Source of the DNA: a virus
IMG/VR virus record: IMGVR_UViG_3300042934_000822
Coordinates: 1 to 64,000 of that record
Direction: 5' to 3' (one strand)
Length of the DNA: 64,000 nucleotides
The position numbers and the translations under genes were made by a program. Positions 1 to 9,044 of this stretch are shown here, piece by piece (positions within the stretch are counted from its first letter, which is position 1; every line of letters begins with the position of its first letter). The notes beneath the pieces were generated by a model. It did not search any database. It was not told the DNA's origin and worked only from the letters and a program-made list of their open reading frames with translations.

Positions 1-55
1 ATTGGGCCAGGCGGCTCTCCTCCTCAGGCGCGGGGGGTGTGGTCTGGTTATCCAT
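1..55 (-). CDS. Hypothetical protein, 5' part only (runs off window start)
   Basis: ATG at 55 with GGAG RBS, open frame to the window edge (MDNQTTPPAPEEESRLAQ). Confidence 0.4.
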   Translation of the reverse strand, partial: MDNQTTPPAPEEESRLAQ

Positions 56-118
56 GGTGGTTCTCCGACTGTTCCAAGTCTTGATGTTGTTTCAGGTGGC
101 GACCGCGTGCGTTACGAG

Positions 119-613
119 TCATGGAGCACCCCAGGGAATCAAGGGCGTGGCGTAGGCCAGCATCTGCACATGCTTAGGTTGCTGGCAGGCAGTAAGCCCG
201 AAGTGCTTGACGGGCTTGCCGCTGGCCAGCAGTTGCGCCAGGACAGTGTCGAGCATGTGACGCATGTGCTTTGGGATCTTCGCCGAGGCGCCCCAGCACG
301 GCACCAGCACGTCAGCATCCTTGATGATCTGCGTGAAGTGCTCTGCCCACTGCGGGCCTTGAGCCGTCATGGTCGTATGGGCCGCCAAGTGCTTGATATC
401 CTTCGAGCGGATCGAGAAGACGTTGGCCACTATGAGGCGGCGGCCGCCATTGCGTTCGGTAAACCCGATCCACTTGCGGAGGGTCGCATCGTTCAGCACG
501 GCGTCAGCGGTCGACGGGTTGATACCGATGTAGGCGTATACCAGACCCTCGGCCTGCACCTCGCGTTCCAGGCGGTACCGGTGGAGCTTGCATGGACTGA
601 AAATCGCGCTCAT
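119..613 (-). CDS. DUF1643 family protein
   Basis: MSAIFSPCKLHRYRL...INPSTADA...ANVFS...VPCWG...PKH motifs; start trimmed to ATG at 613. Confidence 0.85.
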   Translation of the reverse strand: MSAIFSPCKLHRYRLEREVQAEGLVYAYIGINPSTADAVLNDATLRKWIGFTERNGGRRLIVANVFSIRSKDIKHLAAHTTMTAQGPQWAEHFTQIIKDADVLVPCWGASAKIPKHMRHMLDTVLAQLLASGKPVKHFGLTACQQPKHVQMLAYATPLIPWGAP

Positions 614-819
614 TTGGCGGCCTCGAGCAATTGGGATATGCGGGAGCGAAGTACTGCAACGACCGCATCGTGTGCGTCGCAGGTGACAAAGCCTGATTTG
701 GTGAGTTGGGGGGGAGCGCTGCGCACCTGCTCCGCAGTGAAGCGCTTGATGGCTCCCTGCTCCTCGAGGCACTGCACCTGCACCCGATCCGGGTCGACGG
801 CAATCCGGTTGCTGGTCAT
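610..819 (-). CDS. Hypothetical protein
   Basis: ATGA overlaps with both neighbours (translational coupling). Confidence 0.6.
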   Translation of the reverse strand: MTSNRIAVDPDRVQVQCLEEQGAIKRFTAEQVRSAPPQLTKSGFVTCDAHDAVVAVLRSRISQLLEAAK

Positions 820-1802
820 GGGCAAACTTCCTGTGCTGGGTCTTCGACAGCAGCAGGGTTCGGCGCAGCGGCCTCGTTGCGCTGCAGGTACTCCACGGCC
901 AAGCTGATCGGATAGATCCAGGTCAGGCCACCATTTGCCTGCTCATCCTTCTCCCAACGGCGTGACACATGGTTCAGCAGGCACCAGCCCTTTCTCGGCG
1001 CATAGCTGTAGAACAGCATGAAGTCGTCCTGGGCGCTGAGAGCGAAGTGTGTGACCCCAATGTTGAGGTCTAGCATTTCGATCAGCTGCGCCTTGTGAGA
1101 GACATTCAGGTTACCCGGCAGTGCACGGCCACCAAAGCTGATCGGCGCCGGTAGATGCCGCACCTCGCACAGCGCCCGCAGGAAGGCCAAGGATTTCACA
1201 GGACCGTCTTCGCCTGGCTGGTAGGCGGCATGTTTCATCAGGCGCTGTCCTCGAGGCCGCGACGGTGTCTTGTCTGCCTTGGGCCGAACTTTTTCGCGTG
1301 GCATCAGCTTTGGATTGGTCGTTTCATAGCTGACCGCCGCCGGCGCCGGCGTGGAAGGCTTCGCTTGTTGGGTTTCGGGTATGGCGGTAGTTGTTGCAGG
1401 CTCAGCTACCTGGTGGGCCAGGCCGGCCGAGGAACCTCCAGCGTCGATCGGCGCGGCCGAGGTCACCAGCTGGGGGCGGCTGCGCTGACGAAGCAGCTCA
1501 GGCCGCTCCTGCAGCTCGCAAAAGTCCAGGGCGTCAGCGCCATAGCGAATGCTGCCTACCACGCGCCCCTCATCGGCCTGGTCTACAACCCAGGCCAGCA
1601 ACGATAAGGCGCGCGCCACCGTTAGGTTCAGGTCCGATTGGTTGCAGCGCGTCATGAGGGCATCCAGCTTGCGCTTGCTCTCATCACCCATGGAAAAGTT
1701 GAAGTCGTGCCGAGGTGGCCGTGGTGCTGCGCCTGTGGCGCCAATCTGGCGGGACGTGGACGACGCCTGCGACGGGGCGTGGGGGGGAATAGCGTTGGAC
1801 AT
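816..1802 (-). CDS. Hypothetical protein, possible N-terminal RHH-like DNA-binding region
   Basis: ATG at 1802 with AGGA RBS; FNFSMGDESKRKLDALM...TVARALSLL resembles a ribbon-helix-helix pattern. Confidence 0.6.
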   Translation of the reverse strand: MSNAIPPHAPSQASSTSRQIGATGAAPRPPRHDFNFSMGDESKRKLDALMTRCNQSDLNLTVARALSLLAWVVDQADEGRVVGSIRYGADALDFCELQERPELLRQRSRPQLVTSAAPIDAGGSSAGLAHQVAEPATTTAIPETQQAKPSTPAPAAVSYETTNPKLMPREKVRPKADKTPSRPRGQRLMKHAAYQPGEDGPVKSLAFLRALCEVRHLPAPISFGGRALPGNLNVSHKAQLIEMLDLNIGVTHFALSAQDDFMLFYSYAPRKGWCLLNHVSRRWEKDEQANGGLTWIYPISLAVEYLQRNEAAAPNPAAVEDPAQEVCP

Positions 1803-1904
1803 GGGGAATTCCTGTATCTGGCTGATTGCCTGATCATCATACACTAACGCGCGTTCGCGCCAACGTGTTTTAGCGCGAACGCGCGTTAGCGCCTTTAAGT
1901 TATG

Positions 1905-1946
1905 ATTATCTCGCGCTCAGCGGACGCTGCTATCGCTCGGTTTGCG
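1905..1946 (-). promoter_or_regulatory. Late-type promoter, CGCAAA-N30-GATAAT
   Basis: Same motif and spacing as 10 other copies. Confidence 0.55.
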
Positions 1947-1979
1947 CCAGCTACTGGTCGTCCAATACCCGTAGCTCGT

Positions 1980-2372
1980 TCAAACATCAGCAGCATCCAG
2001 ACCCAGCGCCTGCAGGTCCACATTGAAGAAACGAAGTCGCCCTTTCACAGGTGTGAATGGCAGTGGCATCGGATCGCGCAAGGCCCACGCTACCTCCCCC
2101 ATGTACCAGGGGGATGGGCTGTACAGCGCGCAGTCGTACAGCTCTACGGAGCCGATGATTCCGCCCCGCACCAGGGCATCGACGGCGGGAAGCGTGACGC
2201 CCCGGCTGCGTGCGAACTCAGCCGCTTCGAAGTACTGCTGGCGGCTCATGCGCTGGGACGCATGCACCAGGAAGCGGCCGCGGATCTGCGTCTGCCAGGT
2301 CCGATTCTCCACATCCTTGCCACCGTGCACGATGAGCCACGCCCAGGGCTGGCGAATGCTCAGTGCTTTCAC
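1980..2372 (-). CDS. ASCH domain protein
   Basis: ALSIRQPWAWLIVHGGKDVENRTW...RGRFLVHAS (GxKxxExR signature). Confidence 0.9.
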   Translation of the reverse strand: MKALSIRQPWAWLIVHGGKDVENRTWQTQIRGRFLVHASQRMSRQQYFEAAEFARSRGVTLPAVDALVRGGIIGSVELYDCALYSPSPWYMGEVAWALRDPMPLPFTPVKGRLRFFNVDLQALGLDAADV

Positions 2373-2620
2373 GGCTGCACCTGATCGACAAGGCTTTCTT
2401 TGATGGAGTCCTGTAAACGGCCGATACGCTCGAGGAGTTCATCCTCCGACAGTCTTTGAACTTGAATCCTGGGGTGCTCTACGCGCCGGGCAGGTATTGC
2501 CAAGCCCGGGTTACGCTCGACACGTCGCCGATCGTAGGCGTCTCTGAATTCGTCCCAGGTGATATCGACGCCGTCTGCGTTGAGCAGCTCGATCACGCGT
2601 TTGTCCATTCTGCATTGCAT
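2369..2620 (-). CDS. Hypothetical protein
   Basis: ORF in operon context; stop overlaps the ASCH start. Confidence 0.55.
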   Translation of the reverse strand: MQCRMDKRVIELLNADGVDITWDEFRDAYDRRRVERNPGLAIPARRVEHPRIQVQRLSEDELLERIGRLQDSIKESLVDQVQP

Positions 2621-2707
2621 AGCTGGTGTCCCGATCCGGCAGTTGTGCCGTGTGATGGTGAGGGGCTCTGCCCAGGACTAGTGCCGGGCAGAGCCTGCAG
2701 CGGCCTC

Positions 2708-3352
2708 TCAGGCGGCCCGTGTGCTTTCCTGGTCGACGATCAGAGGCAGCTGACGGGCGGCCGCGCGGCATGCAGCCAACTGATCATCTGGGTAGCCCCA
2801 GATATTGCCTTTGCCGGAACTGCGCTCAAGGCCGATGAAGTGAAGCCCGATCCGGGTTCCCTTCATGACGTAGTCACGCATCATCGTCACCAGGTCACGC
2901 AGAGTGCCGTTGTGGCCGAAACCCTCCCAGTAGCCGTTGTTGCGCAGCACCACCCGGGCACCGGACTTCTCATCGATGAGGTAGACGGACCCGTCGTAGA
3001 CCAGGCGCGCGACTCGCTCATGCTTCTTGCTGAAAAAGAAGCAGCGCCCGTGACTGGAAATGATCTCGATCAGCTGATTGGCATAGAAACAACGGACCTG
3101 CCGGGCGAAGTGATGCCGCCCAGGCTCACTCAGGCGAGCGTCTGTGAAAGCCTTGGCCAGCTGGACGCAAAGCGCGGCCATCGTTGCTACCGAGTCTTTC
3201 AGCGGCTCCAGGCCAACCTGTAACTCTGCTTTGACCTGGGTGCGCTTGTGCTCGAGCACCAGCAGGCGACCTGTTTCGGTGGTGGTCGACGTCAGGGCGA
3301 ACAGCTCCCGATCGAGCATGCCTGGGGTCCAGTCGACTTCGTCAATTTGCAT
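2708..3352 (-). CDS. Hypothetical phage protein
   Basis: Start at ATG 3352; globular-looking sequence (WEGFGHNGTLRDLV...NIWGYP). Confidence 0.7.
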   Translation of the reverse strand: MQIDEVDWTPGMLDRELFALTSTTTETGRLLVLEHKRTQVKAELQVGLEPLKDSVATMAALCVQLAKAFTDARLSEPGRHHFARQVRCFYANQLIEIISSHGRCFFFSKKHERVARLVYDGSVYLIDEKSGARVVLRNNGYWEGFGHNGTLRDLVTMMRDYVMKGTRIGLHFIGLERSSGKGNIWGYPDDQLAACRAAARQLPLIVDQESTRAA

Positions 3353-3644
3353 AGCGTTGAACCTCGAACTTCTGTCGGTATTTGATGAGCTCCATAACGG
3401 TGAGGTAGAGATCGCTGCCGGCGTTGGCACATGCCGTCCGGTAGGCGTCCGTACCCCGCTCGCCGCTTGTGCTGTGCCCCATGGTCATGACCCCGGTTTC
3501 ACGGTGATGCGCGATCGCCACGAAGTTGTAGGCCTGCTCAGGAGCGTCTTGACCGCCCACTGTGCAGCTGACGGTGAAAGCCACATCCCCGTAAGGGGTA
3601 GCGTCGACGGTATTGCTCAGCGAAATGTCTCGGTTGGCCAGCAT
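3342..3644 (-). CDS. Hypothetical protein
   Basis: ATG at 3644 coupled to the upstream stop. Confidence 0.6.
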   Translation of the reverse strand: MLANRDISLSNTVDATPYGDVAFTVSCTVGGQDAPEQAYNFVAIAHHRETGVMTMGHSTSGERGTDAYRTACANAGSDLYLTVMELIKYRQKFEVQRYAN

Positions 3645-4000
3645 CAGTTCAGCTCCGGGCGCACTGGCCGACCCATGTAGGGCTCCAAGCGTTTGGCGAT
3701 CTCGTTGGCCAAGCTCGCCAGCCCTTCGCGCATTCCCGCGCTGGCCAGGGCAATGGTCTGATTGCCCTCCAGCGACTCCACCAGCAGCTCCACGTTGCGC
3801 GCGCTGGCCTGAATGGCCTGGCCAGCCCTCAGCGCTTCGGTCAGCCCCTGTGCAGCGTCCGCCCATGCCTCGGCGTCAAACCCCACGGGCGGGTTGTACT
3901 CATAGGTGTCCGCCAACAGCTCGGCATTCCCCAGGAACCTCATGCGTTCGGCGAGGAAAACCCCGGCCATGCCGCTGAAAATGATCGGTAGCTTTTGCAT
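3644..4000 (-). CDS. Hypothetical protein
   Basis: GAGG RBS 7 nt before ATG 4000; first gene after a promoter. Confidence 0.65.
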   Translation of the reverse strand: MQKLPIIFSGMAGVFLAERMRFLGNAELLADTYEYNPPVGFDAEAWADAAQGLTEALRAGQAIQASARNVELLVESLEGNQTIALASAGMREGLASLANEIAKRLEPYMGRPVRPELN

Positions 4001-4191
4001 GTTCATACCTCTGGCTGATTTGCCCGGGAATGATTGCACAAACGCGCGTTCGCGCCAAACTGTTTACGCGCTTTCGCGCTAACGCGCGTTTGATGCCAAT
4101 TCGAAGGCTCATTGCAACGAGGACGTCAGCACCAGGTAACGGCTACCGAACTGGCAGGCCTTGGCGCTACGCGTAGACGTGCGCTCATCGG

Positions 4192-4602
4192 TCAGCACGC
4201 TTGTGCCTCCTGGTACTGACGATGCTCGGCCCACCTGGCCAACAGGAGCTGAACACCATCGGGCACAGTCCGGCCGGCCCTCTCAACGAGCTGAACACAC
4301 GCGTCTACCAGCTGGATCTCGCGACCATACGTCTCGATGAAGGCGGCCTTGTTGCCGTGCACAGCGCACAGCGTCTTGACTGGTCCGTGGCCAGGCTGGT
4401 GGTGGCCAGCACACAGCGGCAGAACGTAATAGTGCGCATGCGCCTTGGTGCGGCCGTCACAGTGGTGAATCGAGACGTGTCCAGGCTTCGTGTAGTCGCG
4501 CGGTCGGCCGTCCAACAGGCAGCAGATACACCCGCAGATGTAGGCAAGGTCGTCGTGCCACTGCCGCTCGGTCTTGGTCACAGTGCGTCCGGCAAAGCTC
4601 AT
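4192..4602 (-). CDS. ref: Ref-family RecA-dependent HNH nuclease (recombination enhancement)
   Basis: CICC...SIHHCDGRTK...VLPLCAGHHQ...AVHG zinc/HNH motifs as in P1 Ref. Confidence 0.8.
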   Translation of the reverse strand: MSFAGRTVTKTERQWHDDLAYICGCICCLLDGRPRDYTKPGHVSIHHCDGRTKAHAHYYVLPLCAGHHQPGHGPVKTLCAVHGNKAAFIETYGREIQLVDACVQLVERAGRTVPDGVQLLLARWAEHRQYQEAQAC

Positions 4603-5837
4603 GGCAGCAAGCTCCCAACGTGCTGCATGCCCTTGCGTCCCGGACTGGCTGCCAGGAGGCTGGCCAGGCCTGCAGGAGGCGTCCGCTTCGTCTTCTCAGG
4701 CTGTTCAGCCTGCGCAGTGGATGGCTCTGCAGGTGCTGCAGGTGATGCAGGTGATGCAGGTGTTGCAGCGCTCCGCCTGGCCACTTCGGCCAGCAGGGTA
4801 GCCAATGGGATGGTTGGCTGATCAGCCTTGGCCGACGGCGTTGAGGCGACGCCTGCAGCCTGGGCATCCGCTACGGGTGCCGGCGCTGATGGTGGTGCTG
4901 GTGCTGGTGCTGGTGCTGCAGCGGACTCAGCCTGGGCGCGCCCCTTGCGGACTTTCTCGGCCTGTTTCACTCGCGTGACATAGGCCTCACAGTGTTTCAG
5001 CAGCATGTCGACCGGATGGAGGGCCGCGACGATCTGAGCGTTGGTCTCACGGTTGACGTAGTACGTGGCCACCATCGCAGCCATGTCACTCACCCTGGCG
5101 ACCACCTGGGTCATCTTGCCGAGCATGTGGGAGTTGCATACCGGCCAGGACTTGTACTTGGCCCGATAGGCCCGGGCGTAGGCATGCCAGACCGGATAGG
5201 TGGCTGCGCCCGGATTCTGGGGGTAGTTCGAGGGTTCCCCAGGTTCAGGGGTGTGGGCTCCCGAGGCCGCCTTGGAATTCGATCCTTTGCCCGCCGGCAA
5301 GCCATCCCCATCCCCCCCAGCGGTAATAGGTGCTTTTTCAATCTTGAATGAACTTTCAGTACTGTTTATTGCTTCCGGCCTATCCGTAAACGGTGCTGGC
5401 GTAACGGGTGATCCCGGATTCGATGCAACCGTTTCCGGGAAATCCGTAACCGGGGGTTGTGCACCGGCGCCGGGATAGGGAGCCGCTTTAGCTTCAAGGC
5501 TTGCCAGATACAGGGCGCCCTGCTCCAGGTCGGGGTTCTCATGGACCTCGTAGGAGACGCCCCGGAAGTTACCGCCTTCGCGGATGAACTCCTGATAGAC
5601 GTAGCCCGCTGCGCGTAGCTCGTTGATCAGCTTGTAGATCTTGTCCCGGCCAGATCGCCCACCGATCGCCTCCAAGGTCTGGTTGCGTAGATCCTTGATC
5701 TGCACACGCCAGTTGTCCGGCTTGCTCAGCAGGTACACCAGCATTCCGCGCGCAGCCCAGGAGAGACGGCGGTCCTCGATGATGTTGGCTGGCAGCATGT
5801 AGTACTGGCTTTTGCGGGCAACGCGAATGATGCTCAT
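4599..5837 (-). CDS. Phage replication initiator (N-terminal wHTH, replisome-organizer type); probable lytic replicon
   Basis: AAGGAGGT RBS; IIEDRRLSWAARGMLVYLLSKPDNW...INELRAAGY motif; internal PxT repeats. Confidence 0.75.
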   Translation of the reverse strand: MSIIRVARKSQYYMLPANIIEDRRLSWAARGMLVYLLSKPDNWRVQIKDLRNQTLEAIGGRSGRDKIYKLINELRAAGYVYQEFIREGGNFRGVSYEVHENPDLEQGALYLASLEAKAAPYPGAGAQPPVTDFPETVASNPGSPVTPAPFTDRPEAINSTESSFKIEKAPITAGGDGDGLPAGKGSNSKAASGAHTPEPGEPSNYPQNPGAATYPVWHAYARAYRAKYKSWPVCNSHMLGKMTQVVARVSDMAAMVATYYVNRETNAQIVAALHPVDMLLKHCEAYVTRVKQAEKVRKGRAQAESAAAPAPAPAPPSAPAPVADAQAAGVASTPSAKADQPTIPLATLLAEVARRSAATPASPASPAAPAEPSTAQAEQPEKTKRTPPAGLASLLAASPGRKGMQHVGSLLP

Positions 5838-6157
5838 CGAGCACCTCCTTGTGGAATGGGTGCTGGGAGCAGACGGGGGGCACAGATCGGCGCGCGCAGA
5901 GCTGCGCGGCGGAAAGATGGCTTGGGGGGACAGATGGTAATGACGCAAAGGCGCGAACGTGTTAACGCGCGGACCCTATGGTATAGTCCGGCTACAGACA
6001 CAATGGGACTCCCAAGTGCTGATTACTCGGCGCGACGGCTAAGCACGGACTGCTTTGCGATCCATGGGCTATGGAACCTTCATAGCGGTGTGTGTAGCGG
6101 GATAGCTTTTCGAGAGCTAAAACGCTGAAAAATGTGAGTTTTCGCATTTTTGTGGTG

Positions 6158-6203
6158 AAAAAGAACCCCTTGAGCCTTGGTCGGTGATGCGGGTTCTTTT
6201 TTT
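6158..6203. terminator. Bidirectional intrinsic terminator-like hairpin
   Basis: AAAAAGAACCC...GGGTTCTTTTTTTT. Confidence 0.55.
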
Positions 6204-6324
6204 TCGCCTCCATTTCAAGCAGTGCGCCTTTCGCGCATGCGATCCAATTTGGCGAGCTGTATACCATAGCGGCGCGGATACCGTCTAAGGCATTATCCGC
6301 GTACGTTTTCGCGAACGTACATTT

Positions 6325-6795
6325 TTACCCCTTCTTTTTCGGCACCAAATGCGCCACAGCCCGCAAATATAGGGCCTTGGACAGTCCCCTTTCGCCCTTG
6401 GGCGCCCCTGAAATAATGTCCATCACGCTCGCCTTCTTGAACCTGGGCGCAAGGTCGTAAAAGCGAAGTTTCGTCGCCAGACGAGTGCCGCGCGCGATCG
6501 AGCAGCGCAGCTCACGTTCGGGGTAATCCTGATCGAACCACCCGAATGGAAGGCCTAGAATGTCCTCGAGCCGACGGCTGAGGCGCTCGGGTATTCCGCC
6601 GCGTGCAGTCACCGCGACGCTCATCTGGTTGGCGAATTTGTTCTGATCCTGCTCGGAATAGGCGCTTAGAGCCCTGATGCGCACGCCGTCATAGCGCAGA
6701 TCAACGTACAGGATGAACCTGAGACGGCGCGCAGCCTGGGCTGCGGCGACGGCCTCATCTACCGTCTGGCACCCCTCGAAAACTTCAATGTTCAT
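6325..6795 (-). CDS. Putative repressor / HTH-like regulator
   Basis: LSRRLEDILGLPFGWFD resembles the end of phage CI/Cro-type HTH domains; flanked by CGCGGATA repeats. Confidence 0.5.
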   Translation of the reverse strand: MNIEVFEGCQTVDEAVAAAQAARRLRFILYVDLRYDGVRIRALSAYSEQDQNKFANQMSVAVTARGGIPERLSRRLEDILGLPFGWFDQDYPERELRCSIARGTRLATKLRFYDLAPRFKKASVMDIISGAPKGERGLSKALYLRAVAHLVPKKKG

Positions 6796-6947
6796 ATCGC
6801 ACTTATCGCTGGCTGTCTTGGTGCAGGGATAGTACCAGCACAAATTAACAAACCGCTGTTTTTTCTGCAAAAAGCCCTTTATCGTATGCACCGTATGTAC
6901 GCGGATACATTTTCCGATGTACGCGGATAGCGAGAGAGGGGGCTTTG

Positions 6948-7472
6948 ATGGCTCGCGGTGTGAACAAAGTGATACTGGTGGGTACCTGCGGGCAAGATCC
7001 CGAAGTGCGGTACCTGCCCAACGGAAACGCGGTGACCAACCTCAGCTTGGCCACCTCCGAGCAGTGGACGGACAAGCAGTCCGGACAGAAAGTCGAACGC
7101 ACAGAATGGCACCGGGTATCTCTGTTCGGCCGCCTGGCCGAGATCGCCGGCGAGTACCTGCGCAAGGGTTCGCAGGTGTACGTCGAGGGCAAGCTCCAGA
7201 CCCGGGAGTGGGAGAAGGACGGGATCAAACGCTACACCACGGAGATCGTCGTGGACATGCAAGGCTCGATGCAGCTGCTGGGCGGCCGGCCCCAGGGCGA
7301 TCAGCGTCAGGCACCAGCACGACCCCATGCTCAAGACTCAGCAGCACGCCAGCCAGCACCACGTCCGTCTCAGGCTCAATCTCAGGCGCAGACGGATTAC
7401 CCGCCCCCGCAGCCTGGGGACTTCGACGATGACATTCCGTTCGCGCCGCTTCACCACCTGGTGGGGGCCTGA
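6948..7472 (+). CDS. ssb: Single-stranded DNA-binding protein
   Basis: [12 protein letters not shown]...ERTEWHRV...DDDIPF tail. Confidence 0.97.
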   Translation: MARGVNKVILVGTCGQDPEVRYLPNGNAVTNLSLATSEQWTDKQSGQKVERTEWHRVSLFGRLAEIAGEYLRKGSQVYVEGKLQTREWEKDGIKRYTTEIVVDMQGSMQLLGGRPQGDQRQAPARPHAQDSAARQPAPRPSQAQSQAQTDYPPPQPGDFDDDIPFAPLHHLVGA

Positions 7473-7475
7473 ACT

Positions 7476-7658
7476 GTGCCCCACCCTGTCCAATACCTGG
7501 GCCATCCCCTACACACTGTCGGGGCCAAGGCCGACGCGCGCCGGCAACTGGCCGAGGCCATGGCTGCTTTCGGGACGGTACCGCCGGCAGAACCCTTCGA
7601 GATCAAGCCTACACCTGCGCAGGAGCGCGTCACCCGATATGGCCTGCACAGGAGATAA
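7476..7658 (+). CDS. Hypothetical protein
   Basis: Fills the gap between ssb and rdgC in the same operon. Confidence 0.5.
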   Translation: MPHPVQYLGHPLHTVGAKADARRQLAEAMAAFGTVPPAEPFEIKPTPAQERVTRYGLHRR

Positions 7659-7661
7659 GCC

Positions 7662-8627
7662 ATGTTCTTCAAAAACCTGCTGACCTACCGGCTGACACAG
7701 CGCGTGGCCCTGGACGTCGACACGCTCGAGCATGCGCTGGCCAGCAAAAAGACGCGCGAGCCGGCCAACCAGGAGCTGAGCACTTACGGCTTCACAGCGC
7801 CCTACGGCAAACATGAGGATGCACCCTTGGTGCATGCCAGTCACGGCTACGTGTTGATCGCCGCACGTAAGGTCGAAAGGATCCTGCCAAGCGGATCGGT
7901 AGCCCAAGAGGTTCGCAAGCGCATTGAGACGATCGAGGCCGAGCAGATGCGCAAGGTCTACAAGGCCGAGCGGGACCAGATCAAGGATGAAGTGATCCAG
8001 GCCTTCCTGCCCCGGGCTTTCCTGCGTGAGAAAGTGACCTATGCGGCCATTGACGCCGAGCGCAACCTGATCCTGGTCAACACCGCCAGCGCCAAGACTG
8101 CCGAGGATTTGCTCTCAACACTGCGAGAGGTGCTCGGCTCGCTGCCGGTGCGACCAGTGGCTGTCAAAATTGCGCCTACGGCCACCTTCACCGACTGGCT
8201 CAAGACCCAGTCACCTGCAGAACACTTCTACGTGGGTGACAACTGCGAACTGCACGATGTGGCCGAGGGTGGCGGCGTGGTGCGTCTCAAGGGTCAGGAC
8301 TTGATGGGTGAGGAAGTCCAGCTGCACCTGAGCACCGGCAAGGTGTGCGCACGTCTGGCGCTGACCTACAAGGACGAGCTCTCCTTTGTGCTGAACGATC
8401 GGCTGACCCTGTCCCGGTTGAAGTTCGAGGCCCTGCTCACAGAGAAAGCGGCCCATGACGGCGGTGACGATGATGCTGGGCACTTCGACGCCAGCTTTGT
8501 GCTGATGATGGCAACGCTGCGTGCCTTCTTGCCCTATCTGTTCGAGGTCCTGGGCGGCGAGGACGTACCGCAAGGTGTTGGGCTGCCCGAAATGATCACC
8601 ACCTTGGGCGGCCGGCCGGCGGCCTGA
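7662..8627 (+). CDS. rdgC: Recombination-associated protein RdgC
   Basis: [11 protein letters not shown]...ERILPS...[16 protein letters not shown]...FDASFVLM. Confidence 0.95.
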   Translation: MFFKNLLTYRLTQRVALDVDTLEHALASKKTREPANQELSTYGFTAPYGKHEDAPLVHASHGYVLIAARKVERILPSGSVAQEVRKRIETIEAEQMRKVYKAERDQIKDEVIQAFLPRAFLREKVTYAAIDAERNLILVNTASAKTAEDLLSTLREVLGSLPVRPVAVKIAPTATFTDWLKTQSPAEHFYVGDNCELHDVAEGGGVVRLKGQDLMGEEVQLHLSTGKVCARLALTYKDELSFVLNDRLTLSRLKFEALLTEKAAHDGGDDDAGHFDASFVLMMATLRAFLPYLFEVLGGEDVPQGVGLPEMITTLGGRPAA

Positions 8628-8652
8628 CAGGAAGCGGCTCAAACGCGAGGCG

Positions 8653-8715
8653 AAAAAAAGCCGCGGCTCCCAAGGGATCGCGGCCTTTCTTCACAAATAT
8701 CAGCCAGATAAATGT
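8653..8715 (-). ncRNA. Candidate antisense small RNA (~63 nt)
   Basis: TTGCTA-N16-TATAAT promoter (8749-8722), GC hairpin plus U7 terminator (8685-8653), no ORF; contains UAUCUGGCUGAUA complementary to several 5' UTRs. Confidence 0.6.
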
Positions 8716-8759
8716 GCCCGCATTATAAGCCGCTGGACCTGATTAGCAAGGAACACCCG

Positions 8760-9044
8760 ATGAAAATCATCTTCGACGGCCACCAGGTTCTGCACCAGGG
8801 CCATCGCGGCCGGCATCAGCCGAGCTTACCCAGGAAGCGTGTTACCTGGGTGGGCACTGCGATGGTCCGGGACAGCACTGGCCGCGCAGTAGAAGCCAGT
8901 TGGACAACACCTGCAGGACAGCGCATGAACTATCTCGAGGCGAAGGCGGCAGTGTTCGCGATTGTTGGCGAGCTACAGCGACAATTCATCGCGGACTATC
9001 AAGAAGCTCCAGGGACGGCAACTTTCATATTGGTGGGCCGATAA
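8760..9044 (+). CDS. Hypothetical protein
   Basis: AAGGA RBS, ATG 8760. Confidence 0.6.
   Translation: MKIIFDGHQVLHQGHRGRHQPSLPRKRVTWVGTAMVRDSTGRAVEASWTTPAGQRMNYLEAKAAVFAIVGELQRQFIADYQEAPGTATFILVGR

Noticed and set aside
6257-6272. Second LexA box (CTGTataccataGCGG)
   Set aside because: The right half-site deviates from ACAG; it cannot be supported without a scoring matrix.
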